A stretch of DNA of 64,000 nucleotides from an uncultured virus (IMG/VR IMGVR_UViG_3300042881_004014) (Duplodnaviria > Heunggongvirae > Uroviricota > Caudoviricetes): the IMG/VR virus record IMGVR_UViG_3300042881_004014; one strand, written 5' to 3'. Under the pieces are notes generated by a model. It saw only the letters and a list, made by a program, of their open reading frames with translations, searched no databases and had not been told where the DNA came from. Both the position numbers and the translations under genes were made by a program. This document shows positions 51,001-60,283 of the stretch, one piece after another. Position 1 is the first letter of the stretch. Each line of letters opens with the position of its first letter.

Positions 51001-52350
51001 TGAACCAAAATGTACATAGTTATCAAAGGTATATGTTGAACCAGATACATATTCAATATTTAATTGAGATGTATCAATATCATTATTTGTTATATACTTT
51101 TGTATTAATGATGTTGATGTAGTTGAACCACTTGCAATCAAATCAGCAAAGATTTGCATTCCAGTTCCATTATCAGTTTCTAATGTAAAATTAGGTCCTT
51201 TTAATGGTTGACATAAACTATCTAATTTACCAACCAATGTAACCATTTCAATCATTGGTTCCGTTTGTGCCTTTGTTATCCAAACTTTTTGGTTTGGTTG
51301 CACAGACGTTGGTAATGGTTCGTATAATTTAAGGATTAATGAATCCTCAGTTGGAGATAATACTACTTTATCAATATTACTCTCATCTAATCCAGTCCAA
51401 GTTGTAATTACTTTGTTATCACCATTACCTAAATGTAATAAGTGAGTTAAGAATTTAGATTCATCAAATATTTTTCTATCGAACTGAGCAACAAATCCTT
51501 CAACAATTCTATTGATTGCTAAATCTCTTGGTATCTCTAAGTCACCCTTATCAAATAGGATAGGAATAAATTCAATAGGCCCCGTTACAACTTCTTTACC
51601 TGCAGTATTATATGGTATTAATTTAAGAGGAATTGTTACTTTATCAGTAGTAGATTGGTTTATATTAACCATATCTCCATTTCTTCTAAAATCAGATTGA
51701 GCTATGCCATCTTCCAAATTAACTGAAATTTCTTTTTTAGTTAATTTAGTACTAATTGGAGTAGCCGTTTCAAAAACACTAGCTGGGTATTTCTCAACTA
51801 ATTGTTTTACATTAAATGTTTGCGTACCCTTTGGTGAAACTTGAATATAATCAGTTGAATTACCAACATATATTCTAACATATGTAGTATCAACAGAATT
51901 CCAACTAATATCAAAGTTTACATCATACCCAATAAAATCAGCACCTCTAACTACTTTAGGATAACTAATTTCTCTAATATCAGGCACATTTACAAATACA
52001 TCATCAACTACATTAATGAAAATATCTAAACCAAATTCAGATACATTTATTGATTCTTGAGTAGGTTGATTTGTAACAATACTTTGAGCTACAGTTATTG
52101 GAGCTGGTTTGATTTGTTCCCTTATAGGATTATTTGTAAGTAATCCAATTTCATTTTTAGGTGTTGTTGGAAATGTAATTGGTGTTATTGGAATTGTTAT
52201 AGGTGGTTGTGATACAATTGTCGCACCTCCACCGCCGCCTCCTCCTCCATAATTTGGAAAATTAAAGCCACCGCCTCCACCACCATCATTGATGAATGAA
52301 AATCCACCCTCTGTGTTGGAACCTAAATCCGTTTGTAGTGCTCTTATCAT
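48094..52350 (-). CDS. Large baseplate wedge-like protein with LamG-like domain
   Basis: 1418 aa; LPYLLKHKGTARSLK (wedge gpI/gp7-like), SGSMDEFRLW (LamG-like); Gly/Pro/Thr-rich N-terminus. Confidence 0.7.
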   Translation of the reverse strand: MIRALQTDLGSNTEGGFSFINDGGGGGGFNFPNYGGGGGGGGATIVSQPPITIPITPITFPTTPKNEIGLLTNNPIREQIKPAPITVAQSIVTNQPTQESINVSEFGLDIFINVVDDVFVNVPDIREISYPKVVRGADFIGYDVNFDISWNSVDTTYVRIYVGNSTDYIQVSPKGTQTFNVKQLVEKYPASVFETATPISTKLTKKEISVNLEDGIAQSDFRRNGDMVNINQSTTDKVTIPLKLIPYNTAGKEVVTGPIEFIPILFDKGDLEIPRDLAINRIVEGFVAQFDRKIFDESKFLTHLLHLGNGDNKVITTWTGLDESNIDKVVLSPTEDSLILKLYEPLPTSVQPNQKVWITKAQTEPMIEMVTLVGKLDSLCQPLKGPNFTLETDNGTGMQIFADLIASGSTTSTSLIQKYITNNDIDTSQLNIEYVSGSTYTFDNYVHFGSSAERVKNFWYKIQLLETYQTTYNSVSSQNVVLTYLTTENDYYLLTENDLFLEYETPSYNILSQIEANKQLDNINNLIGSFDGFETFLYTSTNSLAYPKVSNTIVATTSNTAIDWYDTIISVADDYDKYNPNYLNNNLPRFIKEDYDNEEYMLFLDMIGQHFDIIWAYINSLKQLKNLNQATSNGFSDELVFQMLESMGWEGKRAYDSQFLWEYAFGQNKDGTEKYGTSLKSANEEVWRRILNNLPYLLKHKGTARSLKAVMACYGVPQSLLTIMEFGGPQDPTLGGSTKFTFDDRTAAINFTNTNEYVQTDWKEVSGTYPNSVELRVNLTQPGNYGIVKAESGSIQNWKLGVTNTKGTFGTLDFYVSASTGLVASASTSEFNIFNDEYTEIVINRTLVGANSSFQIIAKDALGDRIRTQVTSAPLVLTGNTSWNTGSLIKIGYALSGSMDEFRLWKQPLEDGVIETHTLLPDATNGNSYTASTEDLWVRFDFEYPKDRTADNNLLNVAVSQAYGVTYGTTVSFPSSSIYPYQYTPYDRTVTANVPSLGFNQSDKIRFEQQTLVGDLSHKVRATKKAFDRAPVDSNRLGLFFSPVKELNMDILKSFGSFNIDNYIGAPADEYKDDYNELRILREYYFERLDRDIYEYIQLVRQIDKSLFDVLQDLVPARASVSKGLLIEPHYLERSKTKWKQPAAERGDYESSIDTRDNIEVESTYNVHDTSINTTDNVEFSFQMDNYEATINSDEITRLLVDYPTYDSLIELEDVTVLEGSYPTYEVEIEIPNGSKLESTVDSFSSTQIGMDDKSLDLAGFGLYALNGTGSLTTLDIFGNMTSSRKQIYKVKESYIEKVSVQTEGWPATTNNEQIKYEIQEVTNYRYNVSIVPVGATPPSIGNNVIEVTPLNGYFPSHYRYKNNLTQGLKYSFFEGSQQTSTTTPDGLDPVEIFTTNPNILRVANTGRGSGEPILEVD

Positions 52351-52397
52351 ATCTTATAAATATCCAATTTATAATTCTTATTTGTCTTATTTACCAC

Positions 52398-53810
52398 TTA
52401 TCTAAAGTTTTGTTCCCTATTTCTACTAGGTCCTCCACCTCCACCATAAGGTGAACCACCTCCACCTGATGATGGTTTTGGTGTTACTGTAACTGGTTTT
52501 GGTGTTCCTATTGATGGAGTTCCTCCACCAGCATAAGGATTAGATACTACCTTTGGTGGTGTTGATACTACTACCTCAGTAAGAACTTCACGAGATGGTC
52601 CTCCACCTCCACTATATGGATTTGTTGTTATTTTTATAGGTGCTTCAACCGGTCTTACTTCATTTTCATAATCACTTAATGAAAATGGAAAAATCTTAGC
52701 ACCATATTTACCAATATTTTTAAATACAGAATGTGGTATTGTTATTCCAGCTACATCACCATCCTGTAAATCATCAAACTCCAATATATCTTGTCCAATA
52801 ATAACAGTAACAGCTTTAACATCTGCGTTTTTTAAAAATCCAATAGGTACACCTAACTTAGAATTTATGTTATATATTATTGATTGCTTTTTTAATAATG
52901 TTATTTGTGGGTTTAATGCAGGTCTAGGTGCTTTAACCAACTCAGTTGTAATTGTTATTGATGCGTTATTATTTAATGTTATATTATAACTTAAACTTTC
53001 ATTTGGCGCTGCTGATATTGGTGGTCTTGTATTTGATTGTATTTGTGTTATTCTGTATAGTGAAGTATTTGCGGATTCTACTTTAAATGTAGTTCCACTA
53101 ATATCAGAATATGGAGTTGAACCATTATCAGGAAAAAACTCAACACTTCCATTTTTTACAACCCTAACCGAATTACCAGCACCACTTACGTTTACAGTAA
53201 AATTATATAAAGCGGTATCATTTTCAACTGATTGTTGGGTTAAATTAAAATTTAAATTTGAAACAACAGATGAAACAGCGGCTGTTGTATTTGTTGATTG
53301 TTCCACATCATTTATATAATGCTTTACTTTCATTTGAGTTGATGTAATTCCCAATGTACCCAATGATGATAAATCAGGTAAATTAAATATATTAAGGAAT
53401 GGTCTATTAATAATAGTTGCACCATTTGGATTTTCTAATGAAATTACATATTTATCACTACTGGTGTATCCTTGTTTTTCTATTGTTATTACCTTATCAC
53501 CATTTTTTAATTCTTCTTTACTAAAAGTTAAATTTTCTGATGTTGTTTTTGATGAATTTATACCATTAATATAAATACTTGCACCAGCTATGTTTGATGT
53601 TATTTGAAATGTTCTATTAGATGGTGTTGCTATAATTGTTGGCGTAGGTACAGCTATTGGTGTTGGTGTAATAAAAGTACTACCACCACCGCCGCCACCG
53701 CCGCCACCACCAAAAGATAAGTTTGAACCGAAATTACCAAATTGGTTTTCGCCAAACCCATTACCAAAGGAGTTTAAATTAAAATCATCATATTGTAATG
53801 CTTGTATCAT
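52398..53810 (-). CDS. Structural protein with PEGA-like domain and Gly/Pro-rich termini
   Basis: ITSNIAGASIYING...ITIEKQGY; poly-Gly tracts. Confidence 0.65.
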   Translation of the reverse strand: MIQALQYDDFNLNSFGNGFGENQFGNFGSNLSFGGGGGGGGGGSTFITPTPIAVPTPTIIATPSNRTFQITSNIAGASIYINGINSSKTTSENLTFSKEELKNGDKVITIEKQGYTSSDKYVISLENPNGATIINRPFLNIFNLPDLSSLGTLGITSTQMKVKHYINDVEQSTNTTAAVSSVVSNLNFNLTQQSVENDTALYNFTVNVSGAGNSVRVVKNGSVEFFPDNGSTPYSDISGTTFKVESANTSLYRITQIQSNTRPPISAAPNESLSYNITLNNNASITITTELVKAPRPALNPQITLLKKQSIIYNINSKLGVPIGFLKNADVKAVTVIIGQDILEFDDLQDGDVAGITIPHSVFKNIGKYGAKIFPFSLSDYENEVRPVEAPIKITTNPYSGGGGPSREVLTEVVVSTPPKVVSNPYAGGGTPSIGTPKPVTVTPKPSSGGGGSPYGGGGGPSRNREQNFR

Positions 53811-53828
53811 ATCTTATAAATATCAAAT

Positions 53829-55031
53829 TTAAGAATCTCTACTAATTCCACCACCACCTCCATATCCACCACCGCTAGTTTCGGTTGGTGTTGGTGTTAT
53901 TTGGCTTGGGGTTGGTATTGTTACTGGGTCAGGAGACACTACCGTTGATTTAACTGGGTTAGGTGTTGAAAATACAGGTATAGGAATTCCAACAGGTATA
54001 GCATCTTGAATACTAACATCTCGTGTTGGATTACTAACTTCAGTTTTTTGTTTGGTTACCATTACCACAGCAGGTTTAGCTCCAATCATAACATCCGATT
54101 CTCTTCTTTGTAATACAACACCAACATCATCTTTACTTTCATCAAAGCCAGCATCGATTTCAGTTTTTGTTTGTATCGTTCTCATTGGTAAATAAACTTG
54201 TACAATTTCTATTAAGATTATTTGTGCTATTTTAAACACATCTTCTCTGGATAATTGTAGTGGTAAACTTATCGATTTTTTATTTCCATAATTTGCCGAT
54301 TTAATTGATGACTCTCTACCAGCAAATTCATATTTAACTGCTTCAACAAATTTAGTATGTATTTTAGTAGCTAATGTATCCAATCCAGCTATACCAAATT
54401 CAGCAACTAATTTATTATACCATTGTTGACTATAAGTTCTTTTAATAAAATCATCAACTATTGATGGATTTATTGATTCCAAAAAAGTTGGAACATATGG
54501 AATAACATCATCTTTAAAATCTCCACCATTAATTAATATATTAAATCTCTGAAGTAAATCAGTTTTTTTAGATACATCATTTATTAATGGTAATAGTTTA
54601 ACTTCAGTTCTGGATGGTGATATTTGCTTAATCCACATTTTTTCATTTGGTGATTCAAACCCAACTCGTTTATTTAATAAAGTTATTTGAGTTTTAAATA
54701 TACCATTATCATAACCACTTTCTTTTAACAATCTTTCTATATCAATAAAGTATTCTTTTGGGAATTGCAATGCTTGAAATAATGTGTTATCTGCAATTAA
54801 AAAGTAATCACTAATATTTTGTGAGTTTAATGGGACATACCTAACTAATTCACCAAATTCACCCTGTGGTAATTGTGTATCGTTAACATCATAGATGATA
54901 AATTCAATCATATCCGAATCAGAAAAACCAAAGAATGATTGAAGAGTTCCCTGTTCAAAAATTGCTCGGTCTTTAGCACTAATTCTAAATGCTTGATTAT
55001 CAATTATTTGTTTAAATGTTTGTATTGCCAT
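53829..55031 (-). CDS. Baseplate-region structural protein
   Basis: 400 aa; DMIEFIIYD, IKQISPSRTEVKL; Pro/Thr/Gly tail. Confidence 0.65.
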   Translation of the reverse strand: MAIQTFKQIIDNQAFRISAKDRAIFEQGTLQSFFGFSDSDMIEFIIYDVNDTQLPQGEFGELVRYVPLNSQNISDYFLIADNTLFQALQFPKEYFIDIERLLKESGYDNGIFKTQITLLNKRVGFESPNEKMWIKQISPSRTEVKLLPLINDVSKKTDLLQRFNILINGGDFKDDVIPYVPTFLESINPSIVDDFIKRTYSQQWYNKLVAEFGIAGLDTLATKIHTKFVEAVKYEFAGRESSIKSANYGNKKSISLPLQLSREDVFKIAQIILIEIVQVYLPMRTIQTKTEIDAGFDESKDDVGVVLQRRESDVMIGAKPAVVMVTKQKTEVSNPTRDVSIQDAIPVGIPIPVFSTPNPVKSTVVSPDPVTIPTPSQITPTPTETSGGGYGGGGGISRDS

Positions 55032-55045
55032 TTTTATATTTTATA

Positions 55046-56110
55046 TTATGTAGCCCTTCTACGTCTTGCTTGCCAATAATGTGTGTTTAATGTAAGTGTA
55101 CCTTTTGAATTAGCATCTTTTAAAACTACTTTACCATCAAATGTACCTTCATTATCATATTTACCACCTCTTCTAGAAACTACTATGGCTACTTTACCAG
55201 GTGTACTACCACCATCAGTTGATTTTGGTATTGTTATTTTACCACCAACAACATTACTAAAATCAAATGCATTATTTCCTTGTTCTGATACTGTTAATAC
55301 CGCATCAATATCACCCACATTATACAAATCAAATCCATTTCCAATAAGAAATCCCCTAGCATCTTTTTTTCTATCATCATACCAAATCTGGAAACCTTCA
55401 TTAAACTTATCTGCAATTTGTACTTGTATAACTTTATATCCGATTTTTTCCGATATTGCGTATTGGTTTGGTAATCCATTTATAAAATCTAATAAACTAG
55501 CTTTCTTAGCAGCATCAGTTGCTAACTCTTGTTGCTCTTTAAGTTTTCTTTCAAGTTTAAATGCTTCCTGCAATGCCTCAACCCTAGCTTCTAAGGATAC
55601 CCTTTGTATTGCTTCATTTAATGAATTAACAATTGCGTTTTGTAAATCAATTGTAGTTGTTGCTATTTGTGAGTTAGCAACTGTAGATTGATTTTCAGCA
55701 ATACTAGCTTTAAGCTTTTCACCATCAACTTCAACTCTCAAACTTTGTGTTACAATTTCAAGACCACTAACCTTAGAACGTAAATCTGATACTGTCCTAG
55801 TTAAATCCTTTACCTGAAGTGTTAAATCAAATACACTTTGAGTTGCTTCATTATATATAGGTCTAGCTACACCATCAAATGGTTGAACACGTCTTTGTGG
55901 TATTAATTCAAATATAGTTGTATCAACTGCTTTAGTTAACTCATCTATATTATAGTTAGGTTTAACCAATTTACCAGAAATAATACCATCTGCCAAATCT
56001 GATTCTTGAAACAAACGGACACCAGCTGCGTTCTTCTCATTTAATGCTTGAGAACCACTAACTATTATTCTACCAACTTGTTGTTCGTTTTTTAAACCGG
56101 AATCTTTCAT
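55046..56110 (-). CDS. Baseplate-region coiled-coil + beta-domain protein
   Basis: 354 aa; central coiled coil, C-terminal beta-rich region. Confidence 0.6.
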   Translation of the reverse strand: MKDSGLKNEQQVGRIIVSGSQALNEKNAAGVRLFQESDLADGIISGKLVKPNYNIDELTKAVDTTIFELIPQRRVQPFDGVARPIYNEATQSVFDLTLQVKDLTRTVSDLRSKVSGLEIVTQSLRVEVDGEKLKASIAENQSTVANSQIATTTIDLQNAIVNSLNEAIQRVSLEARVEALQEAFKLERKLKEQQELATDAAKKASLLDFINGLPNQYAISEKIGYKVIQVQIADKFNEGFQIWYDDRKKDARGFLIGNGFDLYNVGDIDAVLTVSEQGNNAFDFSNVVGGKITIPKSTDGGSTPGKVAIVVSRRGGKYDNEGTFDGKVVLKDANSKGTLTLNTHYWQARRRRAT

Positions 56111-56112
56111 AA

Positions 56113-57177
56113 TTATGCTATAACACTAAATGTATAATCTTCATCAAAAAATTGAGGTGTTCCATCAACCACAACTTTAATTTCTATTTTATATACTCTG
56201 TCAACTTCCCAATTAGATAAATTTAATTTAAAGAAGTTTCCATCCGTATCACAACTTACTTTAGTAAATTCACCAAATGGTACAATTACATCACCACTGT
56301 GGTAATCTGATATTTGGTAATACGTTTGTTCATTTAAGAACTTTGATGTTGAGTATTGAGCGGTTGAACTAAATGTTTTAATTGGATATAATTCTCTACC
56401 AACTACTCTTATTTTAGGAGTTGTATTTACTTTATATTCCTTTTTAAAATTTCTTAATCCAACTTTTATTTCTTCTGCTACCAATTCAGTCATTGAACCA
56501 GTTACAAAAGTTGTATCATCCCAACCAATTCTAATTTTTGGTTGATGTATTGTTTTTGTTTCTTTACTAAAGAATTTTAAAATACCATAATCAGATGTAT
56601 TATATTCATTTGCAAATGGTAGTTTTAAAATAAGACCATCATTTGGAATTGAACCACTAATCCAATCTTGCATAATATCGTTGATATCCATATTGACATC
56701 AGTTGTACGATATTCAAAATCTTGCGTAGCAAATACATTTGAATAAAATGTACCACCTAAACCAGCATAAGAACCAGTAGATACTTCAGAAAATTCTGCG
56801 GTTTGTAACCAACGTAATACTGAATCTCCCTCTCTATTGTTCCAAGTTACCCCAGCGGTTGTGATATCATCAAATCGAGTACCCTTGCCCATTTCCCAAC
56901 TTTGTGAGATTGGATATGCCTCCAATGTAAATTCCAATGGTAGTTCCTCAGAATCAGTTTCTCTCAAAACTAACTCAGCAGAACTCATTGTTACATCACC
57001 ACTAGCTATACTAGCTGAGAGTGGCTCTATATCGAATTTAAGGAGTGCTCTTGATATATCTTTTATGTTACCATAAAATACCTTACTCACTTCCAATACT
57101 TCATCTAAACCAGTGTTTTGGTCTGGTTGTTGTAAGTACACCGATGCATCTTTTGATGCTGTTAAAAAGTATATCAT
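56113..57177 (-). CDS. Baseplate-region beta-sandwich structural protein
   Basis: ASKDASVY..NTGLDEVLEV, SRALLKFD, SQSWEMGKG, PNDGLILK, FFSKET, PKIRIGW. Confidence 0.65.
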   Translation of the reverse strand: MIYFLTASKDASVYLQQPDQNTGLDEVLEVSKVFYGNIKDISRALLKFDIEPLSASIASGDVTMSSAELVLRETDSEELPLEFTLEAYPISQSWEMGKGTRFDDITTAGVTWNNREGDSVLRWLQTAEFSEVSTGSYAGLGGTFYSNVFATQDFEYRTTDVNMDINDIMQDWISGSIPNDGLILKLPFANEYNTSDYGILKFFSKETKTIHQPKIRIGWDDTTFVTGSMTELVAEEIKVGLRNFKKEYKVNTTPKIRVVGRELYPIKTFSSTAQYSTSKFLNEQTYYQISDYHSGDVIVPFGEFTKVSCDTDGNFFKLNLSNWEVDRVYKIEIKVVVDGTPQFFDEDYTFSVIA

Positions 57178-59210
57178 TATTTAGCTCTTCCTTTTATATC
57201 CACGTCCGGAAACTTAACTTCAAAAACCGATGGGTCCAATGATGGATAAATTACTTTATCTTTAGTTGCCGCCATTATATTATATGAATTAGCAGAATAT
57301 TGTCCACCACATTTATTTACAATTTCCATTTTTGGTACTGAACTTACCCCATCCACATTAGCTACTATTAATTCCAATTCACTTAAGTTGATAGTATTAT
57401 TAAATGTCCAATTATCAATATTAAAATAATCTTTTAATTCTTGAATACAATTAGATAGTACTTCACTATTGTTGTAATTTCTAAGTGTAATAATTTCAAA
57501 ATTAATTCCAATGTTTATAATATATCCATTTGATATATTTACACCATCGGTAAGAATTTTATATTCTGTTAAATATGTTTTTAAGTTTTCCTTAACTGCT
57601 CTATTCAGTTCCGAAAGTTTACCATCTGCATCATATCCTAATAAATAAAGATTGATTGCGAATGGGTTATTTTTTTCATTATCATTTGAAGTTTTACCAA
57701 CTAAGAAATCTCTAATTTCAGTTTGTACACTTCTCCTATCAGGTTCTTCATTATCCGGCTTATTAACAAAACTCATTACCAAATCAGTAAACTCATTTAG
57801 AGCCGATGGTGATGATAATATTGCTGATGGGGAGTTGTTATCCAATGTACCATCTGCCGTAGCGTATGCCTTTGCAATACCCCCAAATTTGGATGGCATT
57901 GCCAATACTCTAATTTGATAATCTTTAGCAGTTACTGCTCTATTTTGTGAACCAAAGTTTGCTAATGCATTTTGTCTAATCTCTTCAATTGCTTCACCAT
58001 CTCTACCACCAGTTGCAGGTACTTCATTATCAACGGCAATTGATGCTTTTGTTGTATTATAAATTGCACGTTCCGTATCAGTAAATAATTGTGTATCTTC
58101 TTCAAATTGAATACCAGTAATTCTAGTAAGTGTACCTTTACCAACATTTGATGAAACACCACCACCAACTAAATACTTAAGAGTTATAGTTGTATTTGAT
58201 GGTGAAGTACCATAAGTTTTAGTATGTAAGAAATTGGTTGGGTCAAATGATGCTTCCAATCTATTGATTGAATTTGGTAAACCTAATCCAACATTTTTTA
58301 AATTTGGAATTAAAGTTTCATCATTTGCAGTTGGGTCACCAGCACCAAATTGAACAGTAGTTGTACTATCTGAATTTACTTTCTTTACAAAACGTTTTGG
58401 TGTTTTTATTGTTTTAAGAATGTAAGGTACTGTTGTTTTAAATTGATATAAGTCCGGGTCATTATTTTCAGTATTTGGGTAATCCACAAATACCATTTCT
58501 TGTCCTAAATATGGAACCTCATAATATTTGTTTCCGTTTAAATCTCTTACATCATAAATATCAATTACATTAGTATCAGCAATATCAATTTTTTGAAATG
58601 CTTCATATGAACCAAAATCAAAATCTTGCGTTTTTATTTCAGCTGAAATTGCGTTTACATATTTCTTAACTAAATAAAATGATGGTTCACCAGAAATGGC
58701 ATCCCTTTCATATAAAGTTAGTTCTCTATCAGTTGAATCGGTAAAATCTATAACATTTTGAGTAATGAATTTAATACCACTTGCTGATTCAACCTGCATA
58801 CCCTCTTTAATCCTAAGTAAAAACTTAGTATCAATTGTATTATTAACACCAGTACCAATAGCTGGTACTAATTGGTAAACCGATAATGTTGTAATTGCAG
58901 GTGATGTTACTTTTGGAGTGTATCCTAAATATTGTGATAATGCAATAACATTTTCAATATCTTCCGCATGAACCATTAATGATTCCTTTAACGTATCATC
59001 AATGTAATATGAAAGTGAATCACCTATATACGATGCCATTTCAATGAACATCATACCAGGAGATGATTCATTAAAATCAGAATATGTTTTAGGGAAATAA
59101 GTTTTACTAAACTCTATTAAATTATTTCTAAAGTCCGTAAAATCTTTATTAAGGTATTTTATATCCTTACCCTTATTCTTAAAATTCTTATTTGTTTTAG
59201 TTATTGCCAT
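57177..59210 (-). CDS. gp6: Baseplate wedge subunit (T4 gp6-like)
   Basis: NKDFTDFRNNLIEF, DFNESSPGMMFIEMASYIGD, LGYTPK, VQFG, GGRDGE..EEIR, QNRAVTAKDY. Confidence 0.88.
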   Translation of the reverse strand: MAITKTNKNFKNKGKDIKYLNKDFTDFRNNLIEFSKTYFPKTYSDFNESSPGMMFIEMASYIGDSLSYYIDDTLKESLMVHAEDIENVIALSQYLGYTPKVTSPAITTLSVYQLVPAIGTGVNNTIDTKFLLRIKEGMQVESASGIKFITQNVIDFTDSTDRELTLYERDAISGEPSFYLVKKYVNAISAEIKTQDFDFGSYEAFQKIDIADTNVIDIYDVRDLNGNKYYEVPYLGQEMVFVDYPNTENNDPDLYQFKTTVPYILKTIKTPKRFVKKVNSDSTTTVQFGAGDPTANDETLIPNLKNVGLGLPNSINRLEASFDPTNFLHTKTYGTSPSNTTITLKYLVGGGVSSNVGKGTLTRITGIQFEEDTQLFTDTERAIYNTTKASIAVDNEVPATGGRDGEAIEEIRQNALANFGSQNRAVTAKDYQIRVLAMPSKFGGIAKAYATADGTLDNNSPSAILSSPSALNEFTDLVMSFVNKPDNEEPDRRSVQTEIRDFLVGKTSNDNEKNNPFAINLYLLGYDADGKLSELNRAVKENLKTYLTEYKILTDGVNISNGYIINIGINFEIITLRNYNNSEVLSNCIQELKDYFNIDNWTFNNTINLSELELIVANVDGVSSVPKMEIVNKCGGQYSANSYNIMAATKDKVIYPSLDPSVFEVKFPDVDIKGRAK

Positions 59211-59216
59211 ATTATA

Positions 59217-59645
59217 TTATCCTTGTACATTAAATGTTACTTCATTTAAATCTACACTACCATTAACTTGAAACTTTAGTGAAATATTTATTTGATTCCT
59301 ATCTTTTAATGCATCTGTTTGTTCAACTACTATATCAGCTATTGTAACATAAGGTAGCCATTGTTCAAATGCCTCATTTATAGCATCCTCAATTTTGCCC
59401 TCAATATCATCATTATTAAAATCAAATAGTATTTCATGTAATCCACTACCAAATTCAGGTTGTAAAATTCTTTCACCTCTTTGTGTTAATAATAAATTTT
59501 TTATGTTTGACTTTATTTGGTCGGTTGTATTATATGTTTGAGTGAATCCATTTCCTCCAATTTGAAGAGGCAAAGATATACCTATCGCATAATCATTGTA
59601 CGTTTGGGTATCTTTTACTATCTTTGAACCTAATTCAATTGCCAT
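59217..59645 (-). CDS. gp25: Baseplate gp25-like sheath initiator
   Basis: QIKSNIKNLLLTQRGERILQPEFGSGL..LFD, WLPYV. Confidence 0.9.
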   Translation of the reverse strand: MAIELGSKIVKDTQTYNDYAIGISLPLQIGGNGFTQTYNTTDQIKSNIKNLLLTQRGERILQPEFGSGLHEILFDFNNDDIEGKIEDAINEAFEQWLPYVTIADIVVEQTDALKDRNQINISLKFQVNGSVDLNEVTFNVQG

Positions 59646-59654
59646 ATCTTATAA

Positions 59655-60203
59655 TTACATTCCAGGTCTCCAACCACCTTTTGATTTATCAAATGCTTTA
59701 ACTAATGCTGAGTTATCTCTATTAAGAATTCTATCCAATCCAGCTAATCCAGTTGTTATACCCAATCCAGCTTTAGATGGACCTGAGCTCATATCACCAT
59801 ATCCCATTTTTTCTGCTATATTTTGTGCACCCATTGTATGAACATCTGATGTATTAAAATTTAATGTTTTATATTCATCTCCCATTGGAGCCCCAGCGTA
59901 TGGTGATTCCGTATGTTGTGTTCCATTAAATGGCTGTGTTTGGTTTAACACTTCATTCAATAAAGGATTTTTACTTAACATTCTAGTTGGTTGTGGAGTA
60001 TGTTGAATACCCTCACTAACCTCATTATCCATAAATGTTGGTTGAGCAGGTTTTTTAGTTAGAGCTCCTCTTAATTGAGAATTCTCTCTTAATAACTTTT
60101 TCATTTCAGCCTTTACACCTTCTTTAACTAAGGTTGGTAATACGGCTTTTATTTCATCTTTAACAATAATTTGTATTGCTTTTACTAATTTATCAGTATC
60201 CAT
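59655..60203 (-). CDS. Hypothetical protein
   Basis: 182 aa; SKNPLLNEVLNQT; promoter motif at 60230-60238. Confidence 0.7.
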   Translation of the reverse strand: MDTDKLVKAIQIIVKDEIKAVLPTLVKEGVKAEMKKLLRENSQLRGALTKKPAQPTFMDNEVSEGIQHTPQPTRMLSKNPLLNEVLNQTQPFNGTQHTESPYAGAPMGDEYKTLNFNTSDVHTMGAQNIAEKMGYGDMSSGPSKAGLGITTGLAGLDRILNRDNSALVKAFDKSKGGWRPGM

Positions 60204-60283
60204 ACTTGTTTAGTTTTTATTCCCTTCACTATAAATATCTTATTATAATTTTTTGGTTATTGAAGTGATAGGTACGTTATGTT

